A DNA stretch of 63,641 nt, counting the filler, from Candidatus Omnitrophota bacterium (GTDB lineage Bacteria > Omnitrophota > Gorgyraeia > Zapsychrales > Zapsychraceae), in assembly GCA_015233495.1 (NCBI GenBank). It is 3 parts of 3 records of this genome, joined end to end, with 100 filler letters (N's around TTAATTAATTAA, not from the genome) between each part and the next. Parts side by side here need not be neighbours in the genome. Positions count along the whole stretch, not along the records: positions 23,566 to 45,849 come from JADFXQ010000028.1; 2 more parts are not named here. The stretch is one strand, 5' to 3'. Made by a program: the position numbers and the translations under genes. Under the pieces are notes generated by a model. It saw only the letters and a program-made list of their open reading frames with translations, was not told where the DNA came from and did no database searches. Positions 29,131 to 41,463 of this stretch are shown one piece after another (position 1 is the first letter of the stretch; every line of letters starts with the position of its first letter).

Positions 29131-29162
29131 ATCACTTTTTACTTTGAATAGCAATGGCAATT

Positions 29163-30047
29163 TTATTTCTCTATACAAATAAACCGGCAGCGGCGGCTCA
29201 AAATATCCCGGGCAAGTTCATTCTGCGGATCCACAGATAAGGCTTTATGCAACAAATCCTGATATGTTTTCCGCTGACCTTGGCGCAGATAAACCTGTCC
29301 CAGACGCACATACGCGTCTGCGAGTAAAGGATCGGATTTAACCGCGCTCTGCAAATAGCTCTGCGCTTTGGCCAAATCGCCGCCGGCTATTGCCGGCGCT
29401 AATAAATAAAAACTCCCCAACCCGAATTGCACGCGGGCGTCTTGCGGCCGCAGCTTTTCAGCTTTTTTTAGATACGGCAGGACTTTTAATCCATTAGTTA
29501 TTTTCGCAACCGGACCGCCATAATGCGCCAGCAGCCCTCTGACTCCGCCGGCTAACAACAACGCCTCCACATATTCCTCCGTACCGATACGATCCCTGCC
29601 GCGATCCAAAACATCATCGGCCAATCTCAAAGCCCGGGGCAGATCCATCCGGATATAATTTATATATGATAAACTCAGCGACGCCGGCGCGAAATCCGGA
29701 GTCTTCCGAAGAATTTCTTTTAATAAATTTTCGCTCGCCGCCATTTTATGCTGCCGCCGCAACACTTCCGCCGCTCCCCATTTTGCTTCGCGGCACCGCG
29801 GCTCTAAAACGAGCATCCGCTGAAAAAGCTTGCCCGCGTTTGCATCCTTATGCTTTTCAAAATCCGCAATCGCCAAAACATATAAAGCTTCGGTAGAGCC
29901 GGGATTTTGGCGCACCGCCTTTTGCGCCTCAGACAGAGTAATGGCTCGGCCCCGGGCATTGAGTTTTTGCCAATCCAGCGCGTAAGAAAATTGGGCCTGG
30001 CTAAAAAAACAGGCTAAAAAGAAAATAGCTAATCGTATGTGCCGCAT
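29163..30047 (-). CDS. Exported tetratricopeptide-repeat protein
   Basis: Signal peptide; TPR-like helices; LGSFYLLAPAIAGGD..KA motif. Confidence 0.75.
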   Translation of the reverse strand: MRHIRLAIFFLACFFSQAQFSYALDWQKLNARGRAITLSEAQKAVRQNPGSTEALYVLAIADFEKHKDANAGKLFQRMLVLEPRCREAKWGAAEVLRRQHKMAASENLLKEILRKTPDFAPASLSLSYINYIRMDLPRALRLADDVLDRGRDRIGTEEYVEALLLAGGVRGLLAHYGGPVAKITNGLKVLPYLKKAEKLRPQDARVQFGLGSFYLLAPAIAGGDLAKAQSYLQSAVKSDPLLADAYVRLGQVYLRQGQRKTYQDLLHKALSVDPQNELARDILSRRCRFICIEK

Positions 30048-30340
30048 CGCGATCCCTTTTTAAACATCTCCCAAAAAATAATCGTCATGGTTACCATGCT
30101 GAAACCGAATAAAAAATCTTCCACCGGAATAGGCCCGATCCTTATTCCGAGAAAAAACCGCGGATTATAAACCACAATCTGCCTGCCGGTTAAATACCCG
30201 TTCACCCAAAATTTAAACCCGGCGATTACGAGGAGAAACCACCAGAATAACTTTCTGCGGCAGACCCGCACACCGCTTTTTTCATCCGCCCAAAGCGTCA
30301 ACAGAGCTGCGACAATGCTCAAAATTGTGTACTCTTTCAA
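30029..30340 (-). CDS. Lycopene cyclase domain protein (CrtYd-like)
   Basis: Small membrane protein with YNPRFFLGIRIGPIPVEDFLFGF. Confidence 0.85.
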   Translation of the reverse strand: MKEYTILSIVAALLTLWADEKSGVRVCRRKLFWWFLLVIAGFKFWVNGYLTGRQIVVYNPRFFLGIRIGPIPVEDFLFGFSMVTMTIIFWEMFKKGSRCGTYD

Positions 30341-30648
30341 CGCTTATCCTTCCGGCAAAAAAATAATAAAATTTCCCAGGTAAATATGCAGCAAAAAGGA
30401 ATGACAATAAAAAAGAAAACCTCTTCCAACGGGAGATTGATAATCCGCGGCGGCCAAACCGAGGCGGGATCAAAAAACCAATGTCCTCGATACGCCGCGA
30501 ACACATCCCAGCCGCCAAAAATCAACAGGATCAAACCAAGGGTCGCCGCCAGAGCGCGGCCGTGCTGATAGAACCGCAGCGGCGGCCAAAAACTCAACAA
30601 TAACGGCACGACTCCGGCAAGAATTAAGATTAAAGCATAGGCGGACAT
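30337..30648 (-). CDS. Lycopene cyclase domain protein (CrtYc-like)
   Basis: FGGWDVFA...GHWFFDP...LPLEEVFFFIVIPF. Confidence 0.88.
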   Translation of the reverse strand: MSAYALILILAGVVPLLLSFWPPLRFYQHGRALAATLGLILLIFGGWDVFAAYRGHWFFDPASVWPPRIINLPLEEVFFFIVIPFCCIFTWEILLFFCRKDKR

Positions 30649-30728
30649 AGCAGTATTCTACCGTAAATCCCGAGGCATTAGCGAAAAATTTTCTTGGTTT
30701 CGCGGCTGGAGCCGGATAAAATGCCTTT

Positions 30729-31598
30729 ATGCTGCCAGCCGATTCATTTGCCATTCAAAAAGACTTCCAACTCGCCGAAGCGATCACCCGGCAGCACGCG
30801 AAATCGTTTTATTTCGCCTCGCGTTTTCTCTCCCGGGAAAAACGGCAAGCCGCTTATACCCTCTATGCCGTATGCCGAATCAGCGATGATGCCGTAGACC
30901 AGTCGCTTGACACAGTTTTCCGGCAAAACCAGCTTGTCCTGATTCAGAAAAATATTGCCGCGGCTTACGCCGGCCCGGCTCCCTCCGGCGGCCTCTGGGC
31001 CGCGTTTCAATTTGTAATCCGGCAATATGCAATTCCGCTTTGGTATTTTGAAGAGCTCTTGGACGGCCAGGCCATGGACCTTAATAAAAATCGTTACGCG
31101 AATTTTCCGGAACTCTACGTCTATTGCTACAAAGTCGCGGGCGTGGTGGGATTGATGATGCATAAAATTTTCCGCTGCTGCCATCCCGCAGCGGTCAAAC
31201 ACGCTATCGACCTGGGTGTGGCCATGCAGTTGACCAATATTTTGCGGGACATCAAAGAAGACGCGCACCGCGGCCGGATTTATTTGCCGGCCGACGAAAT
31301 GATGGAATATAATATTTCCGCCGACGATATCCTTAAGGGGCGCATACCCGCCGAATGGAAGCCGTTTATGTGTTTTCAAATCCAGCGGGCCCGGGAATAT
31401 TACAGCCGCGCCCTGCCGGGGATCAAACACATCGAATCCCGCGACGCCCGATTTGTCGCCCGGGCCATGGCCGTGCTTTACGCCGACATCCTGACCCAGA
31501 TCGAAAAAAACCAATACAATGTTTTTCACCAGCGCGCCCACACTAACCATCTTAGAAAAATCCTCCTGCTTTTGACAGGACAGACAGCCAAAATGTGA
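30729..31598 (+). CDS. crtB: Phytoene synthase
   Basis: HAKSFYFAS, LYAVCRISDD, YCYKVAGVVG, LGVAMQLTNILRDIKED, GRIYLP. Confidence 0.93.
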   Translation: MLPADSFAIQKDFQLAEAITRQHAKSFYFASRFLSREKRQAAYTLYAVCRISDDAVDQSLDTVFRQNQLVLIQKNIAAAYAGPAPSGGLWAAFQFVIRQYAIPLWYFEELLDGQAMDLNKNRYANFPELYVYCYKVAGVVGLMMHKIFRCCHPAAVKHAIDLGVAMQLTNILRDIKEDAHRGRIYLPADEMMEYNISADDILKGRIPAEWKPFMCFQIQRAREYYSRALPGIKHIESRDARFVARAMAVLYADILTQIEKNQYNVFHQRAHTNHLRKILLLLTGQTAKM

Positions 31599-31621
31599 CT
31601 GTTGCGAAATGCCTAATAGAT

Positions 31622-31766
31622 GTCATTGCCCGGCTTTACCGGGCAATCCAGAGATTTTTATCGACGAGCATTTCGGCTTCAAGATTCCCGCCTACCTATC
31701 GGTAGGCAGGCCTGTCTGCCATCAGGCAGGCCTGTCTGCCATCAGGCAGGCGTTCGCAAGGATGAC
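31622..31766. repeat. Composite intergenic repeat: GTCATT...ATGAC element with three nested 20-bp CCTG...GGCAGG units
   Basis: Hairpin ATTGCCCGG-CTTTA-CCGGGCAAT; units at 31691, 31711 and 31731 (last two identical); lies between convergent crtB and kdpE. Confidence 0.8.
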
Positions 31767-31805
31767 CAAATTCGTATTTAAGCGGTAATAAATGGGCAAG
31801 AAAAG

Positions 31806-32504
31806 TTAGAGCAGATTGAACCGATATCCGACCCCCGGTTCATTAATAATGCGTTTCGGGTGGGCGGGATCATCTTCAATTTTCTGACGCAGATGATTCA
31901 GATAAACCCGCACCGAATTGAGTTTTTCCGGGTTATCCGTGGCCCAGACATCCCGTAAGATTTGCCGCGTAGTTAAAACCCGGCCGGCATTTTTTATAAA
32001 CAAAAGCAAGAGTCCATATTCGATCGCCGTCAATTTCAGCAATTCGCCATGCCGGGTGGCGAGCCGTGTATTAAACTCCAACCGCAAACCGGCATTTTCA
32101 AAAATCTCATCCACAATCCCGGGAGTAGTTTTCCGTCGTAAAACCGCTTGCAGCCGGGCCGTCAACTCCAGGGCGGAAAAAGGTTTGGTAATATAATCAT
32201 CCGCGCCGTTTTCCAGACATTTTACTTTCACGTCTTCCTGCCCCCGCACGGAAACCATGATTACCGCTACATCACTGATTTCGCGGATCCGCAAAAGCGC
32301 CTCAAAACCTTCCATGTCCGGAAGCCCCATGTCCAAAAGAACGGCTTGCGGTTTTTTATAAACGAGTTCGGATATCCCCTCCTGACCTGTGGCAGCGGCG
32401 ATCAAGGTATAACCGGCATGAGTGAGAATTACCCACAAAAGTTTTTGGATCTGCGGCTCATCGTCAATTACCAAAACCAATCCCTTGGACATATTATTCT
32501 CCAT
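31806..32504 (-). CDS. kdpE: Response regulator KdpE
   Basis: VIDDE, LLDMGLPDMEG, GADDYITKPF, OmpR wHTH LRQKIEDDPAHP...EPGVGYR; follows kdpD. Confidence 0.93.
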   Translation of the reverse strand: MENNMSKGLVLVIDDEPQIQKLLWVILTHAGYTLIAAATGQEGISELVYKKPQAVLLDMGLPDMEGFEALLRIREISDVAVIMVSVRGQEDVKVKCLENGADDYITKPFSALELTARLQAVLRRKTTPGIVDEIFENAGLRLEFNTRLATRHGELLKLTAIEYGLLLLFIKNAGRVLTTRQILRDVWATDNPEKLNSVRVYLNHLRQKIEDDPAHPKRIINEPGVGYRFNLL

Positions 32505-35148
32505 CTTCCTTCTCGGCCGCCGGTAAAGCCACGCTCACCATGAAACCCCGCGGCGCCAGATTGCCGGCTTCAATCGTTCCGTTATTTAACTCCACAAAAC
32601 GCTTGGCAATGGACAAGCCCAACCCCAATCCCCCTTTTTTCGTCTGCTCCCCGCGATAAAATTTATCAAAAATTTTATTTAACGTTTCTTTGGGGATGCC
32701 TCCGCCTTGATCAATAACATTGATCAGAATTTTTTGATTCAAAGAATTGGTTTTCACCTCAACGTTACCCTGGGCCGGGCCGTGGATCAAGGCATTGCTG
32801 ATGATGTTTTTCAGCGCCTGGGTCAACATATAAAAATCAGCCTGAACATAAAGCGGCTGCTGGGGACAGTCAGTCTTGACCCGGTCTTTATTCGCTGTGA
32901 CCGCGGCCTGTTTCACCGCTTCCTGAACAATATCGCGGACTTCACAACTTGCGTAATTCGGCCGGAAATTTCCGGTATCCAATTTCGTCAAATCCAAAAC
33001 AGCGTCTACGCTGTTGGTCAAACGCAGACTCGCCAAACGGCTTTCATCCAAAAGCTCCAAAGCGTCCGGGGGCCATTCATGATACAATAACAAAGCGTCC
33101 AAATACCCGGCAATGATCGTCAACGGCGTCTTCAATTCATGCGATAGATTATCTAATAAAGCGCTCTGTAAATTTTGAGTGTCTTGCTTCATTCTGGCTT
33201 CGCGGGAAATCTTTATCAATTCGTCCTTTTCTAACATCAGGGTCATTAAAGAGGTAAAAGAATCCAAAAGCGTTCGCTGGGTCATATCCAACTGCCGCTC
33301 TTCCAATAATTTTATCACCAATACCGCTTTCACGTTCCCTGACGAGATCAATGGAATATACATCAACGGCTGCTGAGACAAAGTATCGCTAAAACGTCCC
33401 GCTGATTTTTTATTACTGATGACCCAATGGACAAGCCCTTTTTGCTCTTCGGTCAAATCGATCGCGTCGCCCAATAAAGGCGCGAAAAGCGGTTCTCCGA
33501 CTTCGTTGGTCATCACCACCGCGCATTGCGAACGGCAAAGCTTATTTATCTGTTCCGTCCCGGTCCGCATCGCCTGACTTATATCCGTAGTAACAGCCAA
33601 GGCCCGGGTGAGCGCGTACAGAGCCTCGGAACGGGAGCGCTGGCGGTGTTCGATTTCTTTTTGCCTTCGTAAACGAGAAGTCACCAGTCCCATCATGAGC
33701 GCGGTGATAAAAAACATCGCCAGCATGGCTATGTCATATTCTTTATGAATTACAAAAGTATATTTCGGCGGAATGAACAAAAAATCCCAGGCTAATGCGC
33801 TAAATCCCGCGAGAATCAAAGTCGCGGCTCTGCCTAAAAATACGCCGCTTAAAACAACCGCGAGCAGATAAATCAGGCCCAAGGTCTGATAGCCGGTGAA
33901 TCGTTCAAAGCCGAGCGCCGCCAGGGTGGCGAGGCCGACCATAAGCAAACTTAAACCATATTCGCGCGTCTTGGGCTGGGCAATACCCGAAGGACGCCGC
34001 CCGGCAGAAATATTTTCCGTGCCGGACAGCCGAACCACATGGATATCGATTTCGCCGCTGAGTTCCACCAATTTATCCGCTAAAGTCGGGACGCCAAACC
34101 AACGCTGCCAAAACCTTCGGGGAGATTTGCCGACAATGATCTGGGTGACATTTTCTTTAATGGCCGCCTCAATGATTTCCCGGGCCAGATCATCGCCCTC
34201 TTTGTCGATCACTTGGGCGCCGAGCGATCTCGCCAAAGCCAAATTTTTAAGTACCCGGTCTTTTTGTTCATCATTAAGGGGATACGAGCTCTGGACATGC
34301 AAGGCTATCCAGGAAGCGTCCAGCATCCCTGCCCAACGGCGCGTCATGCGGATCAATGATTCGGAAAACGGCGTAGCGCCAACCGCGACAAGGATGCGTT
34401 CGCCGCTTTGATACGGACCCGCTATGCCTTTAGCGGCCATTAAAGAACGTAAATGCCGGTTCACGTGCTCAGCGGTCAGACGCAAAGCCATTTCGCGCAA
34501 AGCGGTTAAATTTTCCGTTTTGAAAAAGTTTTCCGCGGCCGCTGCCCGGGCCTGGTCCGGCACATAAACCTTGCCCTCGGCCAAACGCTTGCGCAAAGCC
34601 TGCGGAGAAAGATCCACCAAGGCGATTTCAAACGCCTCATCGAGAATCGTATCCGGAACGGATTCGCCCACCACAATACGCGTCACCGCGTGGATGTCCT
34701 CTTTGTGACTTTCGACATGCTGAACATTAAGCGTAGTAAATACATCGATGCCGGCGGATAATAATTCCAAAACATCCTGATACCGTTTGGGGTGGCGGCT
34801 GCCCGGGATATTGGCGTGCGCCAATTCATCGACGATCACCAGCTGCGGACGCAAGCGCAAAATCGCGTCAATATCCATTTCCGCGAAAGTCTTCTCCCGG
34901 TAAACAATCTCTTTCGGCGGAACAATGTCCAGCCCTTGCGCCAAAGCCTCGGTTTCCGGCCGGCCATGCGTGTATACCATGCCGATCCAAACGCGCAAGC
35001 CTTCCGCCTGCCGGGCCCGGGCCTCCTGCAACATGGCATAGGTCTTCCCCACGCCGGGACACATCCCGAAGAAAATTTTCAATTTCCCCCGCTGATTGTC
35101 CTGCGCAATGGCATTCAAAAGCAAGGCATCCGGATTCGGTCGTTCCAT
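32494..35148 (-). CDS. kdpD: Sensor histidine kinase KdpD
   Basis: GKLKIFFGMCPGVGKTYAML, VDELAH, USP domain, 4 TM, SHELKTPL, HATPase GLGLGL. Confidence 0.96.
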   Translation of the reverse strand: MERPNPDALLLNAIAQDNQRGKLKIFFGMCPGVGKTYAMLQEARARQAEGLRVWIGMVYTHGRPETEALAQGLDIVPPKEIVYREKTFAEMDIDAILRLRPQLVIVDELAHANIPGSRHPKRYQDVLELLSAGIDVFTTLNVQHVESHKEDIHAVTRIVVGESVPDTILDEAFEIALVDLSPQALRKRLAEGKVYVPDQARAAAAENFFKTENLTALREMALRLTAEHVNRHLRSLMAAKGIAGPYQSGERILVAVGATPFSESLIRMTRRWAGMLDASWIALHVQSSYPLNDEQKDRVLKNLALARSLGAQVIDKEGDDLAREIIEAAIKENVTQIIVGKSPRRFWQRWFGVPTLADKLVELSGEIDIHVVRLSGTENISAGRRPSGIAQPKTREYGLSLLMVGLATLAALGFERFTGYQTLGLIYLLAVVLSGVFLGRAATLILAGFSALAWDFLFIPPKYTFVIHKEYDIAMLAMFFITALMMGLVTSRLRRQKEIEHRQRSRSEALYALTRALAVTTDISQAMRTGTEQINKLCRSQCAVVMTNEVGEPLFAPLLGDAIDLTEEQKGLVHWVISNKKSAGRFSDTLSQQPLMYIPLISSGNVKAVLVIKLLEERQLDMTQRTLLDSFTSLMTLMLEKDELIKISREARMKQDTQNLQSALLDNLSHELKTPLTIIAGYLDALLLYHEWPPDALELLDESRLASLRLTNSVDAVLDLTKLDTGNFRPNYASCEVRDIVQEAVKQAAVTANKDRVKTDCPQQPLYVQADFYMLTQALKNIISNALIHGPAQGNVEVKTNSLNQKILINVIDQGGGIPKETLNKIFDKFYRGEQTKKGGLGLGLSIAKRFVELNNGTIEAGNLAPRGFMVSVALPAAEKEDGE

Positions 35149-35184
35149 AAATATTATGATACTTCCTTCAGGTCAATGAATCAC

Positions 35185-35763
35185 CTATTTTTTAAACTCA
35201 TCTAACGCCAGATTGACTTTTAATACATTGACTGCGGGTTCGCCTAAAATGCCTAAGCAGCGGCTGGTGGTGTTTTGGTCGATGATATTCCGGACAGTTT
35301 CATCAGGAAGATGTCTGACCCGGGCTACACGCGGCAGTTGAAAATACGCTCCGGCTAAACTGATTTGCGGGTCTAAACCGCTGGCGGAAGCAGTAACTAA
35401 ATCGACCGGAATGGTCGTAGCGTTATTTGGATCAACCGTTCTGAGCGCCGCAATCCTGGCCTTTACAGCTTCGAGCAAGGCGGGATTAGCCGGCCCTAAA
35501 TTGGAACCGGATGAGGCAGAAGCATTGTAAGGCGGAGTCGTGGCAGATAGCCGGCCCCAAAAATATTGCGGATCATCAAAATTCTGTCCGATCAGCGCGG
35601 AACCGACAGGTTTTCCATCTGACGCAAAAAGCAAACTCCCATTCGCTGGTTTATGGAAAAAAACCTGCGCCAGTCCGGTGACAGTTAAGGGATAAACTAT
35701 CCCGGTGAGCGCTGTTAAAAAGATGAACATCATGATCGCCGGTCTTAATTGTTCGCGCAACAT
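35185..35763 (-). CDS. kdpC: K+-transporting ATPase subunit C
   Basis: ANGSL, GSALIGQ, YFWGRLSA, SGSNLGP, DLVTASASGLDP. Confidence 0.96.
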   Translation of the reverse strand: MLREQLRPAIMMFIFLTALTGIVYPLTVTGLAQVFFHKPANGSLLFASDGKPVGSALIGQNFDDPQYFWGRLSATTPPYNASASSGSNLGPANPALLEAVKARIAALRTVDPNNATTIPVDLVTASASGLDPQISLAGAYFQLPRVARVRHLPDETVRNIIDQNTTSRCLGILGEPAVNVLKVNLALDEFKK

Positions 35764-35782
35764 ATTGATCTGCCCCTTCGGT

Positions 35783-37854
<2,072 letters not shown>

Positions 37855-37858
<4 letters not shown>

Positions 37859-39609
37859 CGCAGATTTCCCCCCGCCAGCATCAAATGCTCGACAATCGGT
37901 CCCAAGGCGAGCGCCGGAAAAAAAGTCAGCGCCCCGACGATCAGCACAACCATGGCCAAAAAAAATACGAATAACGGCGTATGCGTCGGCAAAGTGCCTG
38001 AGCTGACCGGCACGATTTTCTTTGCCGACAAAGACCCGGCAACCGCCAGCATCGGAATGATCAGCCAATAACGGCAAAAAAACATAGCCAAACCCAAGGC
38101 GATATTGTAAAACGGCGTATTCGCCGACAATCCGGCAAAAGCGCTGCCATTATTCCCGGAAGCGGAGGAAAACGCGTACAAAATTTCGCTGAATCCGTGC
38201 GGCCCCGGATTGAGTATCCCGGCCTTCCCGGCGGGCAAAAGGACCGCCAGCGCCGTGGGGATAAGAATAAAAATATGCGGAATCAGCGCCACCAAAGCCG
38301 CCATCTTCATTTCATAAGCCTCAATCTTTTTACCCAAATATTCCGGGGTACGTCCGATCATCAGCCCTGCGATGAAAACCGCGATAATCACAAAAGCAAT
38401 CATGCCATAAAGCCCGGAACCCACCCCGCCAAAAATAACTTCTCCCAATTGAATCAGCCACAAAGGCAGCATACCGCCTAAAGGCAGAAAAGAATCCTGC
38501 ATCGAATTTACCGAACCGTTCGATGCCGCGCTCGTGGCAATTGACCAAATGGAAGAACTGACAATCCCGAAACGCGCTTCCTTGCCTTCCATATTGCCGC
38601 CGGGTTGAAACGCCGCAGGCTTCTGATCAACGCCTAAGCTTGTCAATAACGGATTACCTTGCTGTTCGATCTGCGCCGACCACAAAAGACATGGAATAAA
38701 AATAATGAGCATCGCGGCTAATAACGCCCAGCCCTGACGGCGGTCCTGAACCATAACCCCAAAAGTGTAACAAAGCGCCGCCGGGATCCAGAGAATTGCC
38801 AGCATTTCTAAAAAATTGGATAAAGGCGTTGGATTTTCAAAAGGGTGCCCGGAGTTGGCGTTAAAAAATCCGCCGCCATTAGTGCCCAACTGTTTAATGG
38901 CTATTTGAGAGGCAACCGGTCCCAGAGCGATCAGCTGTTCTGGCGCGGGTTTTCCGGAAGCATCTTTCATCGGCTGGACAAGGGTTACCTTAACGCTGGA
39001 AGCAAATGTCTGGGGCGTCCCCTGGCTGACCAAAACCAGCGCCATGACTAACGACAAAGGAATCAAAATATAAAGCGTGGAGCGCGTCAAATCTACCCAA
39101 AAATTGCCGATGGTTTTGGTTTGTTTCTGAACAAAACCGCGAATCAGCGCGACGAGAACCACCATGCCTGTCGCGGCCGAGACAAAATTCTGAACCGTCA
39201 GGGCCAGCATTTGGGTAAAATAACTCATTGTGCTCTCGCCGCCATAGCCTTGCCAATTGGTGTTCGAAGCAAAACTCACCGCGGTATTAAAGGAAGAATC
39301 CGGCGAAACCGCGGGCAAGGCCAAAGGATTTAATGGCAAAAAAGCCTGCATACGCTGTATAGCGTAAACCGCCATAATTCCCAAAATATTGAACAGCATG
39401 ACAGCGCCAGCATATTCTTTCCAGGTCATGCTCGCCTCGAATTTAACCCCGCTAATCCGGTAAAGCGCTCTCTCGAATGACCCAAACCAAATCGAAAGCA
39501 AACTTGGCTTTCCCTCATAGACCTGAGCCATGTAAATACCCAAGGGCTTCACTGTCAATAAAAGCACGGTTAGATAAAATAATATTTGAATAACATTGTT
39601 CCCGTTCAT
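37855..39609 (-). CDS. kdpA: K+-transporting ATPase subunit A
   Basis: [40 protein letters not shown]. Confidence 0.97.
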
Positions 39610-39698
39610 GCAAAAATCTCCGGTTTCAGCAAAGCCAGAAACAAATAAACGAACAACCCCAAAGCCAAAATCCCGCTAATCCAATAAATGACCAGCAT
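39606..39698 (-). CDS. kdpF: K+-transporting ATPase subunit F (30 aa, below the ORF-track cutoff)
   Basis: [39 protein letters not shown] motif; AGGAG RBS; ATGA overlap with kdpA. Confidence 0.9.
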   Translation of the reverse strand: MLVIYWISGILALGLFVYLFLALLKPEIFA

Positions 39699-39707
39699 AC
39701 GCTTCTC

Positions 39708-39788
39708 CTATATCTTGCCGCACAAATCCATAAAACCCCAGGAAACCAGGGCCAGCCCGATGATTAAAAAAATAAAAATAAAGTCCAT
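39708..39788 (-). CDS. Small hydrophobic peptide upstream of kdpF (26 aa)
   Basis: MDFIFIFLIIGLALVSWGFMDLCGKI, GGAG RBS, ends 9 nt before kdpF. Confidence 0.7.
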   Translation of the reverse strand: MDFIFIFLIIGLALVSWGFMDLCGKI

Positions 39789-40012
39789 ATCTCCGCCCTT
39801 ACCGCCCAGTTTGTTCTTAAAAAGACCGGGCCTTTAATATAAGTGTAATCCTACGCTGAGTTATGGCGAATTAAAAAGAAACCGGAAGGCATTAAAAAAG
39901 CCTTAAAATAATAAAAAACAATTGCGGGGGATATTAATGGGAAAAATATAGCGCGGAATATTTGCTACAGATGGGTTGGCTTTTAAAAATTTGTTACTTA
40001 TGCTATCACTTT

Positions 40013-41452
40013 TTATTTTATCATATCCGCTACGATCTTCGACCCGGCGATCACCACTGGCAGGCCGCCGCCGGGCTGGGTGCTGGCGCCGACGTAATAG
40101 AGACCGGGAATATGCGAGTCAAAATTCGCCGGACGGAAAAACGCGCTCTGCAATAAGTTATGCGCCAGCCCGAATGTGGCGCCGTGTTTGATGTTGTAGC
40201 GGGAAATAAAATCCTGCGGATAAAATGCATGTTCAACCTCAATCATCTCCTGCAGGTTGATCCCCAAAGTCTGATTGATCGATTGAAACACCGTTTGGCG
40301 AATCCGGTCTTCTGGCGCGGCAACGTTCTCTTTAGGATTTTCCAAATTGGCGACCGGGACCAAAATATAAAAAACATCTTTGCCTTGCGGGGCCAATGCC
40401 GGGTCAGTTACCGTCGGCACATGCACATAAAACGACGGGTCTTGCGGAATGACTTTTTGATCAAAAATCTGCCGCAGGTTTTTCCTTAGATCGCGGGAAA
40501 AAAATAAATTATGATGCCCGAGTCCCGAAACTTTACGTTTCAAACCCAGATACAGCAGATAAACCGAGCAGGAATATTTATACCTAGGAATTTCCCGACG
40601 CAACAAATCAGTTTGGCTGTAGGCATAATCCGCGTTGACCACAACCTTGTCAAATGCCAAATCCTCGCCGTTAACCGAGAGATGAATCCGGCCGTTGCGG
40701 CGCGCAATGGCTTTGACCTCGGAATTATAAAGAAAACGTCCCCCGAACTTCTTCCCCATCCGCTCCAAGGCCTTGGGAATTTCATACATCCCGCCGATGG
40801 GATGAAAAATCTTTTGCACATGGTCCGCGTAACTGATGATGCTATAAAAGGCCGGCGCGTTAAACGGCGACACGCCCATGAACATCGCCTCAAACGTGAA
40901 AGCGTAGCACAATTTTTCGCTTTTAAAATATTTACGGGCCAACTGCCAATAGGAATCAAAAACCTTCATCTTGGAAACCAACCCCCAATAACGCGGATTG
41001 AACAAATCTTTCCAAGTGAAACACTGAAACAACAATGGCCGGACTTCCTGATAAAGGTTGGCAGTCGCGCGGATAAAGCCGTCAAAAGCGGCAGCCGCGC
41101 CGGGCTCAATCGCCTCCAATTCCTGTTTGGTCAGCGCGCTGTCTTTACGCACTGTTAACGCCCTGCCGTCAGGATAAAAAATTTTATAACTTGGGTCGAG
41201 AATCCGCAAATCCAAATAATCTTCAATATTCTCGCCGCAATCCGCGAACACTTCCGCGAATAAATCCGGCATCAGGACAAACGACGGCCCCAGGTCAAAC
41301 TTAAATCCCTGGTCGATGAGCATATGGTTGCGGCCGCCGCATTCGGACAATTTTTCAAAAACCGTGACGTTATGACCCGTCTTGGATAGACGCGCCGCGC
41401 TAGCCAGTCCGCCCACCCCCGCTCCGACGATCGCGATTTTAAGCTGAGCCAT
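40013..41452 (-). CDS. crtI: Phytoene desaturase
   Basis: GAGVGG FAD motif, FDLGPS, YVHVPTVTDPALAP, FGLAHNLLQSAFFRP, YYVGASTQPGGGLP. Confidence 0.92.
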   Translation of the reverse strand: MAQLKIAIVGAGVGGLASAARLSKTGHNVTVFEKLSECGGRNHMLIDQGFKFDLGPSFVLMPDLFAEVFADCGENIEDYLDLRILDPSYKIFYPDGRALTVRKDSALTKQELEAIEPGAAAAFDGFIRATANLYQEVRPLLFQCFTWKDLFNPRYWGLVSKMKVFDSYWQLARKYFKSEKLCYAFTFEAMFMGVSPFNAPAFYSIISYADHVQKIFHPIGGMYEIPKALERMGKKFGGRFLYNSEVKAIARRNGRIHLSVNGEDLAFDKVVVNADYAYSQTDLLRREIPRYKYSCSVYLLYLGLKRKVSGLGHHNLFFSRDLRKNLRQIFDQKVIPQDPSFYVHVPTVTDPALAPQGKDVFYILVPVANLENPKENVAAPEDRIRQTVFQSINQTLGINLQEMIEVEHAFYPQDFISRYNIKHGATFGLAHNLLQSAFFRPANFDSHIPGLYYVGASTQPGGGLPVVIAGSKIVADMIK

Positions 41453-41463
41453 AAAACGTCTTT

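Noticed and set aside
31691..31750. Tandem 20-bp palindromic units as a possible CRISPR array
   Set aside because: No spacers, only three units, and no cas genes.
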